DNA from: Candidatus Falkowbacteria bacterium GW2011_GWF2_43_32
GTDB taxonomy: Bacteria; Patescibacteriota; Patescibacteriia; Patescibacteriales; UBA12465
Direction: 5' to 3'
Length of the DNA stretch: 64,000 nt
Assembly: GCA_000999715.1 (NCBI GenBank)
Contig: LCGL01000003.1
Span: forward strand, 90,942 to 154,941
In this document: positions 27,702 through 36,826 of the stretch, piece after piece
Numbering within the stretch: position 1 is the first letter of the stretch
How the letters are laid out: the number at the start of each line of letters is the position of its first letter
Made by a program: the position numbers and the translations under genes
The notes under the pieces: model-generated
Database searches by the model: none
What the model was told of the DNA's origin: nothing
The model's input: only the letters and a program-made list of their open reading frames with translations

Positions 27702-28041
27702 CAAAAGACCCGCCGATTGCCGGCGGGTCTTTTTGCTATATCTTGAGAATCAATAATTATTCCACGTCTTCTACGCTGATCTGGCGCAGGTTATCGTTAG
27801 TGATACCCAAACCGAGATTGCGCATAATGGCGAAAGCGTCAGCCGGGCGACCCAGATAATTCAGCTTGAGATCAAGCAACAGAATCCGGCCGGCTAATCG
27901 GGACGGAGCTTTTCCGTTCCAAGACGAATAGTCCTTCTCGCTTACGCCCAATCCGAGACCGCGCATGATGCCGAAGGCATCGGCCGGACGACCAAGGTAA
28001 TACTTGGCCAAATTCAACGGATTGACATACCAGGCTTCGCC
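27702..28041. repeat. Direct repeat copy 2 (340 bp): terminator plus 3' coding end of the 499-aa gene
   Basis: See copy 1. It has the extra dinucleotide aa at 27878-27879 relative to copy 1. Confidence 0.9.
27703..27733. terminator. Rho-independent terminator of the 499-aa gene (identical to 21082-21112)
   Basis: aaaagacccgccg-attgc-cggcgggtctttt. Confidence 0.7.
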
Positions 28042-29256
28042 GTGCGCTTGAACCTGCAGTAAAATACGGCCGGACAAACGTTTGGCTAAAGCGGCGTTAA
28101 CTCTCGTAACCAAGCCCTTTTCGGCTGCTACGAAAGCATTCCTGAGACCGCTGTCCATTCCGACTTCAGTCGTCGAAGTAGTACTCGGAGTCGTGACCGG
28201 ATCGGTCGCACCGCAGACCTTCTTCGTCGCCTCTTGCTGAGCCGCCGTCAAAGTGCAGTTAGACGGATAGCTGGATAAAACGTTCCGATATTGGTACCCG
28301 GCGAAACAAGTCGCCGCGAAATCACCGTAGGTGACACTGGTACAAACCGGAGACACGATACCACTGCTACCACCCGAACTTGAACTGCTGCTGGAGCCGG
28401 CGCTATAAACCGCGAAATAAGAAGCTCGGCAAGTATAGATCGTCGCATATCCGTCGCTGACAACCACACCGGAAGCTTCATTGCTCGCCACACCCGCAGT
28501 ACAGGTATCGGTAGAGGCGGCCGCTAAACCGGTGGTCGCCCAAGTTGAACCGCTATCCGCACTTCTCTTAAGTGATAAGGTTGTTCCATTTAAGGAAGAG
28601 CTTACCGGAACCTTGACGGTAATCGGCGCGCTGAAATACAAAGTCTCGCCGGTAGCACCAAATTCTGCCGCGCCTTTTAGAGTAGCGGTGGAAGAAATGG
28701 TCGTCGCGGTAATCGAGCTCAGTCTGTCGGCGCTGGTTAAAGTCGTGGCGTCAAAAGCCGTGCTATCACTATTGGTAATCACGGTGCCGCTAGGAATCAA
28801 AACCTGAATGTCACCGTCGGCATTAGTCGCGGTAAAAGCGATGTTATCGGCCGCAGTCAAAGAATCGGTCGCAGTCGGATCTCCACCGGCAACAGTAAAC
28901 AGGGTCGGAACCGCCGCAGCAATACTAGCCGCCGGAACTTCTTGATAAGAAACATCACCGACAGCCACGCTATCAGCGCTGGCGCGATAACCGTAACCGA
29001 AGCCGTAACCATACACACCGGCCGCCGAGGTGGTAAAGTCAGTCTTATAGCCATACAAAGTACCGCCATCAAAACCGCTTCCATAACCGTAACCATAGCC
29101 GTAACCATAGCCCCAACCGGAATCACCGGTTTGACGCATAAATTGCGCGTACAAATTCGGACCAAGAACTAGAGCAAAAACAGCCACGACTAAAAAGCCG
29201 AAAATTGCTTTGGCTAGTTTACTTTCCGAAAAGATAAAACTTTTAATCTTTTTCAT
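27757..29256 (-). CDS. Surface protein (499 aa) with Gly-Tyr-rich N-terminal region and the same C-terminal anchor module as the giant protein
   Basis: Signal/anchor (AIFGFLVVAVFALVL). GWGYGYGYGYGSGFDGGTLYGYK...GVYGYGFGYGYR. A Ser/Thr/Ala-rich middle and a poly-Ser linker. Then VCTSVTYGDFAATCFAGYQYRN...CTLTAAQQEATKKVCG and two YLGRPADAF-x-IMR-x-LGLG units. Confidence 0.85.
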   Translation of the reverse strand: MKKIKSFIFSESKLAKAIFGFLVVAVFALVLGPNLYAQFMRQTGDSGWGYGYGYGYGYGSGFDGGTLYGYKTDFTTSAAGVYGYGFGYGYRASADSVAVGDVSYQEVPAASIAAAVPTLFTVAGGDPTATDSLTAADNIAFTATNADGDIQVLIPSGTVITNSDSTAFDATTLTSADRLSSITATTISSTATLKGAAEFGATGETLYFSAPITVKVPVSSSLNGTTLSLKRSADSGSTWATTGLAAASTDTCTAGVASNEASGVVVSDGYATIYTCRASYFAVYSAGSSSSSSSGGSSGIVSPVCTSVTYGDFAATCFAGYQYRNVLSSYPSNCTLTAAQQEATKKVCGATDPVTTPSTTSTTEVGMDSGLRNAFVAAEKGLVTRVNAALAKRLSGRILLQVQAHGEAWYVNPLNLAKYYLGRPADAFGIMRGLGLGVSEKDYSSWNGKAPSRLAGRILLLDLKLNYLGRPADAFAIMRNLGLGITNDNLRQISVEDVE

Positions 29257-29610
29257 TTTTTAAGTTTGAAATTATTTAAATTAAAACGTTTAAATAATTT
29301 TAATAAAAATATGGTTTAAAAATATTATAAAATTACGTAATTTTTATAATGATTTCTTAAACCTTTTTTAATTCGACCTTTATAAATAAATTATAACATT
29401 TTTATAAAGCCTTGCCAAATATTTGATTAAAATTTTTCTTAATAAAAACCCTTAAAATAAGGCCTAATATTAAACAATAAAAAGTTATCCACAGGATAAA
29501 ACCTGATAAACAAAAACTATTTTTTAACTTAAAGACTATCTTTCATTTTCTGTTTTCTTTGATTTATAACTTTCCTTTAATCTTATGAACATTCACTCCC
29601 TCCTTAATAA

Positions 29611-30447
29611 TCAATTCCCTTCCGTTCCTCGATCGTGACGTAATTCCCGGATTTGAGTCAAAACAGTTATCACTAAAAAATAAAAAGCGGAAATTGCCGA
29701 ATCTTCGGCTAGGGCCCCCCGATCCAAAACCAATAGAATCGGACAAGCGGCCAGAAAAACCAAGGCGACCCCAGTCGACCAACGGCTATCTAAAGCACAA
29801 ACCACAGAGCAGGCGGCATAAAATAAAACAATGAACTCCCAGGCGTTCACCCCTTTATATAATCCAAAAACAGCAATAAGAGTGATGATCAAAACCTTAA
29901 GCCAATCGCGGCGCTCAAACGCGCGAATTCGAACTGCAACCCGGATAAAAAATTTAAGCAAGGGCCGACTAAGAAGCCATAATAAATGCCAGATCCTGAT
30001 TAAAAAACGGCGAAATGAAAAACTCAAAGAAAAAATAATTCTAATTATTCTAAAAAAAATCCTAAAAAATGATAAGAAAAAAATAATCCTATTCCGTAAA
30101 CCGGGGGATGTAAAATGAGGTCGGTCTCGTAAAATAGATGATATATAATATGGCGGTATACTCGGAATTTCACTAAATTCTTCCTTAACCGACCGAGATG
30201 CAAAAAATGGTGTCGACCGATAAGCTAAAGCGGTTAAAATAGTTAAAGCAATAAAGGCCCCATGAAGCCCGGGCCAGTAAAAATAAACTCGAGCGGAAGG
30301 AAAAATAACGACAAATAGAAGTACGGCAATATAAAAAATTAAAAAATAAGGATAAAATACTTTTATTTTTTGAGCTAATTTAATTCTTAAAATCTTAAAA
30401 TCAACCTGTTGATTTTCTTTTTTATCTTCTGTATTGTCCATAATCAT
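29611..30447 (-). CDS. Hypothetical polytopic membrane protein
   Basis: 278 aa, AT-rich, with several hydrophobic segments and Arg/Phe/Ile-rich loops. Last gene of the glycan locus. No motif recognised. Confidence 0.5.
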   Translation of the reverse strand: MIMDNTEDKKENQQVDFKILRIKLAQKIKVFYPYFLIFYIAVLLFVVIFPSARVYFYWPGLHGAFIALTILTALAYRSTPFFASRSVKEEFSEIPSIPPYYISSILRDRPHFTSPGLRNRIIFFLSFFRIFFRIIRIIFSLSFSFRRFLIRIWHLLWLLSRPLLKFFIRVAVRIRAFERRDWLKVLIITLIAVFGLYKGVNAWEFIVLFYAACSVVCALDSRWSTGVALVFLAACPILLVLDRGALAEDSAISAFYFLVITVLTQIRELRHDRGTEGN

Positions 30448-31733
30448 TAAATTTTAACTTCCAACTCCTTATTTGTCGCTTTATAACCGATGCCCAATAA
30501 AATTAACAAAGTTATAACAGTGACACTAAAAATAAACAAGAGAGAATAAATCACCGACCAAATATCAGAATGGAATAATGCCAATAACATCACTTCTCCA
30601 ACGGCGGCGACAGTTAAAACTATCAGACCGCGTCGCTTGGCTAAAGCTAAAAAATATTGCGAAAGAACTGTAATTAAGGTCAAAAGTAGAATGACCAAAG
30701 AGAAAAGCGGTAAATAATCAGCAATACTTAAATACTTAGCACCCACGATAATTTTGATAACCAATTTTGGAAATAGAGCAATAAAAGCTGCCGCCGGTAT
30801 CGCTAATAATGACATAAGCGCCAAGGACTTTCCTAAAATTTTATATTTATGCCGACTTTTATCCTCTTTTAAATTGGCAATTACCGGAAACATCACTAAA
30901 GATATTGACCCGCCGATAAAATAAACTATCCGACCAATTGTCAAAAGGGCGCCATAAAGTCCGGCCTCTTCCGGGGTAAAAAACGATTTAACGAACAACA
31001 TGTCAAAATTATAAAAAAATTGGGACAAAGCCGTGAACCAAAGAACTAATAATCCATAACGCCAAATTTTTTTGAAAGAACCGGAAAATTGTTTAACTTG
31101 TGCTGGCAAATTTATTTTTTTCACTTGCCAAAAGCTGACAAAAAAAGGTAAAAGATTGCCTAGCCCCAAAGCCAAGGCGGCACCAATTAGGCCAAGCGGT
31201 TGCAAAACCACTAAGATTAATACTAAAACCAAACGGCTAAAAGCATCTAAAAAATTACTCAAAGACAAGGCGGAAAAATATTGACGACCGGACAACAGGG
31301 CGCGATTAATTATTAAAGGGAAAATACAAATAAAACTTAAAGCGGAAAAAATGATAGTCGTTGGTTGACTAATCTTAAATAACCTATTTAAAAATCCCGA
31401 AAATACAAATACAAGAAAAAACAAAATAAGACCAAAATAAAATAAACGACCGGCGGCGCGACGACGAAGAGATTTTATTTCTTCCGGCGCCGTTGCGGAC
31501 AAAAGAGAAAATTCTCTAATAAAAGCAGTCCCGATTACAGTGCTGACTATACTTAAAACCATTAAAAAAGACAGGAGCGCCTGATAATCACCATATTCGG
31601 GAATTGTTAAGCGCCGAGTGAGCAGCGGATGGACTAAATAATTAAGAACCGACGATAAAAAAGAGACAACCGTTAAAATAAAGGTCCCCCGAATTAACTT
31701 ATCCGACAACAAATTTTTAATATTTAATTTCAT
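30447..31733 (-). CDS. wzx: Wzx-type (MOP superfamily) oligosaccharide flippase
   Basis: 428 aa with roughly 12 hydrophobic segments. The N-terminus LIRGTFILTVVSFLSSVLNYLVHPLLTRRL resembles Polysacc_synt-family flippases. Sits in a glycan locus. Confidence 0.7.
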   Translation of the reverse strand: MKLNIKNLLSDKLIRGTFILTVVSFLSSVLNYLVHPLLTRRLTIPEYGDYQALLSFLMVLSIVSTVIGTAFIREFSLLSATAPEEIKSLRRRAAGRLFYFGLILFFLVFVFSGFLNRLFKISQPTTIIFSALSFICIFPLIINRALLSGRQYFSALSLSNFLDAFSRLVLVLILVVLQPLGLIGAALALGLGNLLPFFVSFWQVKKINLPAQVKQFSGSFKKIWRYGLLVLWFTALSQFFYNFDMLFVKSFFTPEEAGLYGALLTIGRIVYFIGGSISLVMFPVIANLKEDKSRHKYKILGKSLALMSLLAIPAAAFIALFPKLVIKIIVGAKYLSIADYLPLFSLVILLLTLITVLSQYFLALAKRRGLIVLTVAAVGEVMLLALFHSDIWSVIYSLLFIFSVTVITLLILLGIGYKATNKELEVKI

Positions 31734-33498
31734 AAAATAATAAAGTCTCTGTCTCTAAAATCAAATTTAAGTAATTTTGTTCACTCAACCAGCTATAGTC
31801 GCGCCAATCTAATTCTTTGGCCAAAATAATATAACGAAATTTTTTTTCGTCATAAACCGGCGGCGGACCGGAAACACCACGGTCTCTTATCCAGGCGCTG
31901 ACGGCTAAGCTATCCGGTTTTTGGCTATTATCATAAATCCCGCCCCATTCCATATTCGTCCCGGCTTGTGTCGGACAAGAAAAGAACTGCGGCGCCGGAT
32001 TGGCGACAATCTTTCCAGTCCAATTAAAACTCATATATAAATGCCAAGGTAAAAACAAAACCTTGTCTGAACAATTTCCGGTGTTTGCCGAGCGCTCAAG
32101 CAATAGCTCATTAACCTCATGCCAATCAGCCGGATACGACGTCGGCCGAATCTGCCCGCCAAAACCCCAAAGCAATGACGGCGCTTGCATGATAATCACC
32201 GCCGACAATAAAATGGCGCTCAAATAACTTTTGTTTTTTATTAATTTAAAATCCTTTAAACGCCCGACTCCAACGGTTAAATAAAACAAATAAATCGGCA
32301 CAATCACCGCCACCCATTTCTGCGATTCACGCAAACCCTTATAAAAAGGCAGATGATCATATAAAAATAAAGATAAGCCACGCGTTAACGGCGTCTTAAT
32401 TCCGACGGCCAGAAAAACAGCTAAAACAAAAATTAATAATAAACCGACACTAAAGAATTTTTCGACACGGTGACGTTTATAAAAACTCAAGCCAACACCG
32501 TAAATAATCAGTAAAGCCAAAAAAATAAAACTTCTTTGCCAACCGGGCGCATCCGTTAAATCAAAATAACGAAATTGATCTTTCCCCCAAAAACCGGACA
32601 TCAGTAAAACATTGGTAAAAACCTCCGTATCATTGGCGCCAGCCGTCTGAAAAGCAATTAAATCTTGATTGGTAATTCCCTGTTCAACAAAATCAAGCGT
32701 CGGCGAAACTTTAAGTGCTAAGGCAATAAGCCAATTGGCGTTAAGAAATAAAATAATAAACAGAGAAATTATCAGAGTCCGACCTAATTTTTTTAATTGC
32801 CCCGCGGTTTTTATCTCTCGTCGTCGAACAAATAGTCCGCCGAAAAAAAGTAAATAAAAAGGAATCAAAAAGAAAATAAAATGAACGGCAAACATTAAAG
32901 ATATGGCCGTAAAAATCGCAGCCTGATATGACTTCTTAAAATTCAAGGTCCGCCAAGTTTCCAATAAATAAGCCAAGACAAATAATAAGGCCCCGTAAGA
33001 GATCAGAACGCCGAACTGACCGTAGAGAGCCCGATCGTAAACAAAAGGATTAAATAAGGCAAACAAACTAAGAATAAAAATCAAGCCCGGGGCAGACTGG
33101 GGGATTTCCGACGATTTATTATCATCGCTACTATCGTTCTCCTTAAAATATTCCAGAACATTTTTCACTAAAGAGCGCCCGCCAAATAGAATTAAAGACA
33201 AAACTGCGGTAATAAAAATCTTTTCTAAAAGATCAGCCGGAATAATGAAAGATAAGCCATGCAGTAAAAATTTTATGACAAGCCAAGTGCTGGTCCAATC
33301 AAATTTAATCAGCGGCCCCCAGGCGCTATCGGTAAAAAAAAGATAACCGGGCCGAAAAAACCAGGGCAAAACAATCGCCAAAATTACGAACAAATAAGGC
33401 GCGTAGAGGGCGATTATTTTTTTAGTTTTTTCTCTTAAATGTTTCATTTTATATTTTTTTATAATTATCGGAAAAAGAGCGGCATATCCTCGTCTCAC
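31717..33498 (-). CDS. Large polytopic membrane protein with C-terminal extracytoplasmic domain (GT-C-like or polymerase-like)
   Basis: 593 aa, many TM segments. An early loop FFTDSAWGP could be an acidic GT-C-type motif. A more likely start is MKHLREK (about 33447). Confidence 0.5.
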   Translation of the reverse strand: MRRGYAALFPIIIKKYKMKHLREKTKKIIALYAPYLFVILAIVLPWFFRPGYLFFTDSAWGPLIKFDWTSTWLVIKFLLHGLSFIIPADLLEKIFITAVLSLILFGGRSLVKNVLEYFKENDSSDDNKSSEIPQSAPGLIFILSLFALFNPFVYDRALYGQFGVLISYGALLFVLAYLLETWRTLNFKKSYQAAIFTAISLMFAVHFIFFLIPFYLLFFGGLFVRRREIKTAGQLKKLGRTLIISLFIILFLNANWLIALALKVSPTLDFVEQGITNQDLIAFQTAGANDTEVFTNVLLMSGFWGKDQFRYFDLTDAPGWQRSFIFLALLIIYGVGLSFYKRHRVEKFFSVGLLLIFVLAVFLAVGIKTPLTRGLSLFLYDHLPFYKGLRESQKWVAVIVPIYLFYLTVGVGRLKDFKLIKNKSYLSAILLSAVIIMQAPSLLWGFGGQIRPTSYPADWHEVNELLLERSANTGNCSDKVLFLPWHLYMSFNWTGKIVANPAPQFFSCPTQAGTNMEWGGIYDNSQKPDSLAVSAWIRDRGVSGPPPVYDEKKFRYIILAKELDWRDYSWLSEQNYLNLILETETLLFYEIKY

Positions 33499-34352
33499 TC
33501 TCCATAAACCGCCCGTAGAAGATCTAAATCTTTGCCGCTCTCTCTCAGGAGCGACAGATTCTTTTTTTCAACCGCTCGGAAAAGTTCTAAAGATAAAACG
33601 TCAAGGCCGGACTCTTCGGCATAGCGATGCAGAGCCGCAAAATCTTTTATAAAACAATTGCCACCGGCACCCCGGCCGGTTTTTTCGCTTAAGCCGGAAG
33701 CATGAACCGGGTTAAGATGGCTTTGTCCGATACGCGGATCGGCAGCGATGCCGGCCGCTATCCGTTCCCAATCGCTTCCCTCCTTGGCGGCTAAATCATA
33801 AAAGATATTGGCATAAATAACTTTCAGGAGCAGAAAAGTATTGGCGGCATACTTTATTATTTCCGCTTCTTTGACCGGACAAATAAAACTTAAGGGCGCG
33901 GGCGGTAGGATGCTTAAAATTTCCTCGGCTCGGCGACGATATTCATCATTATCAAGCGGATAACCGACGATATTGCGGGTCGGATTAGCGGCGTCATAAG
34001 CGGCGTTCTTTTCGGTCAAGAATTCCGGAGAATGAAAAATAAAACGATCGGAATAAAGAGACTGCAAGGCGGCACAAGTGCCCGGAACAATCGTTGATTT
34101 GATGACCGCCGAACGGCCGGGGCCAACCAAAGCCAAGACTTCTTTTAAAGTATCATAATTAAAGCCCGCCGGAGTGGTCGGAGTCGGAACGGCGATAAAA
34201 ACAATATCGCAGTCGGCAATCCGCGTTTTATTGCCGCTAAATTCCATGGAACGGGCATAACGAATAACTTCATAGCCGCGATTAACGAAATCGTCGGCAT
34301 AACTTCGACCGATAAAACCTTGACCGATGAAACCGATAAGTGGTTTTGACAT
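33495..34352 (-). CDS. UDP-glucose/GDP-mannose dehydrogenase family protein, short form lacking the C-terminal domain
   Basis: 285 aa. IGFIGQGFIGRSYA Rossmann motif, IAVPTPT, and a catalytic-Cys region GGNCFIKD. Typical members are about 390-450 aa. GC is core-like (29/60 in a sampled line) despite AT-rich flanks. Confidence 0.7.
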   Translation of the reverse strand: MSKPLIGFIGQGFIGRSYADDFVNRGYEVIRYARSMEFSGNKTRIADCDIVFIAVPTPTTPAGFNYDTLKEVLALVGPGRSAVIKSTIVPGTCAALQSLYSDRFIFHSPEFLTEKNAAYDAANPTRNIVGYPLDNDEYRRRAEEILSILPPAPLSFICPVKEAEIIKYAANTFLLLKVIYANIFYDLAAKEGSDWERIAAGIAADPRIGQSHLNPVHASGLSEKTGRGAGGNCFIKDFAALHRYAEESGLDVLSLELFRAVEKKNLSLLRESGKDLDLLRAVYGE

Positions 34353-34369
34353 AATAGATTGGGCTTGTT

Positions 34370-36826
34370 TTAATTTAATGGATTATTAAAGCTTTCTTCG
34401 AAAACATCTTCTTCTTTTTTCTTTCTTCTTCTCCCGATAGAGCCGTAAGTAAGATAAGTAACGCAACCCAACAAAGCCAGTCCGGAAATAAACAAGCCGA
34501 GATAAAACAATCTTTGCGGCCAAAATTCAATTATTAACTCAAAATCATAACTGCCATCGGAATTTTTAACACATTTTTCACTATTGGCGCAAATTTCATC
34601 CGGATCAATGAACCATGAATTGGCGTAACCGTTGACCATCAAATGATCCTCGTCATCGTTAATCGGTTTTTTAAACCAAGTCTCATAAAAACTCCCAACC
34701 GGCAGATTATCGTTTTGAATAGTGTCCTGGAAATTTTTAGAAACAAAATCAATTTTATAAGCTTCGTTATAATCAAAAATTTCTTTATTTCCATTCCATT
34801 TAACATGCTTGATATTTTTTTCCTCAAAATTTCCTAGAGTAGATATATAACCTCGATAAATAAAATCTTTTAATTCATAAATACCCGCCTGGTCATCCTC
34901 ATTGCCGTCTAAAATTTTATAATCCGATTCGTTTAAAAAGATTTCTTTTTTTTCATAATCGCCCAAATAGCTTTTCCAGCCATTATGGAAAGATTCGGAA
35001 AAGATCAATGGAAAATTTTCTGTCGCGTTATGGACAATAACACGATATTTAGTTGGATTTATTTTTTTGAACTCTAAAACAGGAACATTGATTATTTTTT
35101 GAGAGTCAGATTTTAAATAATAATTATAAAGATTAGCCGGCAAAACTCCTCCCGACTCCATCGCCCCTCTATATTCAATAATATTTTTGCCTTCTTTTAG
35201 CTTAATTTCGAGAGGATCATCTAATAATTTATCTTGATCGATTTTATAAATACCTTCTGAAACGAGCTTTATCTCGGATAATTCAATATCATCATATCTG
35301 TTTATAATTTCCCGACTTCCATCTGAAGGCGCATAAAAATATAAAATAACTTCGTTTATATCCTCTACCGGTTTAATAATAGTTTCATAATGATTCCATT
35401 CTTGATTATCAGTTGTAATAAATTCATTAAATGAATACGACTCTTCATTCCCAATTAAATTATAATAATAAAAAATCCTATCACCCTCAATACTTCGAAA
35501 ATCAAAAGAATATTTATAAAATCTATCTTTTTTAAGATTAATCTTAAAAATCTTTTTAACGCACGCAAAGTGATTCTTTGAACCAATTTCCAAAGAATAC
35601 CGGCCGTCGGAGGCATCTTCGACAAATTTTAAACTAAAATCCGCCTTTCCTTCCATATCACTAGTACAATCACCGGGTCTTTCTTGCCATAATCCTTCCT
35701 CAAAAGAATTATTTGGCAACTTAACCTGATCTGTCACTATCGTTCTCTCTATTTCTACGCCATCTTTAATATTTAAAAATTCTATAATTTTATTATATCC
35801 ATCTTGAATACTATAATAACTTTTTCCGGCCCTTAAAAAATTTCCAGGTTGGCTAGAAATTTCCAATAAAGTTTTGGATGGCGCATTAATTTCTTTATTG
35901 TTTATAAAGGTTTTTTCTATTGGAAACTTATTCACTACTACCTTCCGCGTTTCCGGAATATATTGAATACTAACCGAAAAATTTTGATGATTTATTTTTT
36001 CTAAATTAAAAATCTGATCAGCCTGATGTTTATTTAAAAATAAATTATTATCTTTTCGACTTTTATCAATATCATCAAATAAATAGGCAAAAAAGTAACT
36101 GGCCGGTACTTTATCAAATATATTAAAGTGCAATTGGTTTAAATAAAAAGCGGATCTAACTCCATAATTTTCTCGCAAAATTATCCCCGGTAATTTGTCC
36201 ACTTCTTGAGGAGTAATAATAATAAACTGTGGGGAATAAAAAATAGGAAGAAAATATTCGTTGGCAATTTCATAAATATCAAGCTCGCCAAAAACTTTTT
36301 TTATAAAAATATCCCCTCGTACATCTATTTTTTCTCTAACCGCCACCGGAGAATCAATATTTTTATAAAATTCCCAATCAATATCGTTTTCAAGCACAAT
36401 ATTCTTAATATTTAAAATAGGGGCCAATTTAACAAAAATATTAAAAAAATCATCACTATTATTAATACTATACAACATTTTTTGTATAGGATTTTCTTCT
36501 GTTTTTAAAAAAGTGGAAAGATACTTATCGGGCAAATATCGGGATAATGGATCTGGCCCCATATAATCCCAAAGATACACGCTATTATATAAATATTGCA
36601 TCGGAAGAGCATATGTTCGGAATATTTTTTTATGACTACCGAAATAATTTTCTGTCTCTTTATAATATGTCGGAACTTCTACCTGATTAGACAGCATAAT
36701 ACTATCTTTAAAATCAGGCATTATATCACCGGTTATGAAAGGAAAGGCCACTAAATTTATAACAATAAATACTATAATAAAAAACAGCCAAACCAAATAT
36801 TTCGAACTAAACATATTAATTTTCAT
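34370..36826 (-). CDS. Large extracytoplasmic protein with N- and C-terminal TM anchors; possible soluble half of a split AftD-like (DUF3367) glycosyltransferase
   Basis: 818 aa, very AT-rich. N-terminal TM (YLVWLFFIIVFIVINLVAF) and C-terminal TM (LFYLGLFISGLALLGCVTYL). A central region resembles a carbohydrate-binding beta-sandwich. Overlaps the upstream polytopic gene by 11 nt. Confidence 0.45.
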   Translation of the reverse strand: MKINMFSSKYLVWLFFIIVFIVINLVAFPFITGDIMPDFKDSIMLSNQVEVPTYYKETENYFGSHKKIFRTYALPMQYLYNSVYLWDYMGPDPLSRYLPDKYLSTFLKTEENPIQKMLYSINNSDDFFNIFVKLAPILNIKNIVLENDIDWEFYKNIDSPVAVREKIDVRGDIFIKKVFGELDIYEIANEYFLPIFYSPQFIIITPQEVDKLPGIILRENYGVRSAFYLNQLHFNIFDKVPASYFFAYLFDDIDKSRKDNNLFLNKHQADQIFNLEKINHQNFSVSIQYIPETRKVVVNKFPIEKTFINNKEINAPSKTLLEISSQPGNFLRAGKSYYSIQDGYNKIIEFLNIKDGVEIERTIVTDQVKLPNNSFEEGLWQERPGDCTSDMEGKADFSLKFVEDASDGRYSLEIGSKNHFACVKKIFKINLKKDRFYKYSFDFRSIEGDRIFYYYNLIGNEESYSFNEFITTDNQEWNHYETIIKPVEDINEVILYFYAPSDGSREIINRYDDIELSEIKLVSEGIYKIDQDKLLDDPLEIKLKEGKNIIEYRGAMESGGVLPANLYNYYLKSDSQKIINVPVLEFKKINPTKYRVIVHNATENFPLIFSESFHNGWKSYLGDYEKKEIFLNESDYKILDGNEDDQAGIYELKDFIYRGYISTLGNFEEKNIKHVKWNGNKEIFDYNEAYKIDFVSKNFQDTIQNDNLPVGSFYETWFKKPINDDEDHLMVNGYANSWFIDPDEICANSEKCVKNSDGSYDFELIIEFWPQRLFYLGLFISGLALLGCVTYLTYGSIGRRRKKKEEDVFEESFNNPLN

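Noticed and set aside
21081-28041. The 338/340-bp repeat pair as a diversity-generating retroelement (TR/VR) or as IS/MITE ends
   Set aside because: No reverse transcriptase or transposase is present in the window. The three substitutions are transitions (a/g, a/g, t/c), too few to show the adenine-specific, many-site pattern expected of a DGR. The repeats are direct, carry a gene 3' end plus terminator, and lack terminal inverted repeats.
29485-29493. Perfect DnaA box TTATCCACA in the 354-bp AT-rich gap upstream of the 499-aa gene (possible oriC)
   Set aside because: It is a single box. A given 9-mer is expected about 0.5 times by chance in 64 kb on both strands. I saw no cluster of additional boxes and no dnaA/dnaN nearby. 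The AT-richness is explained by the start of the low-GC glycan block.
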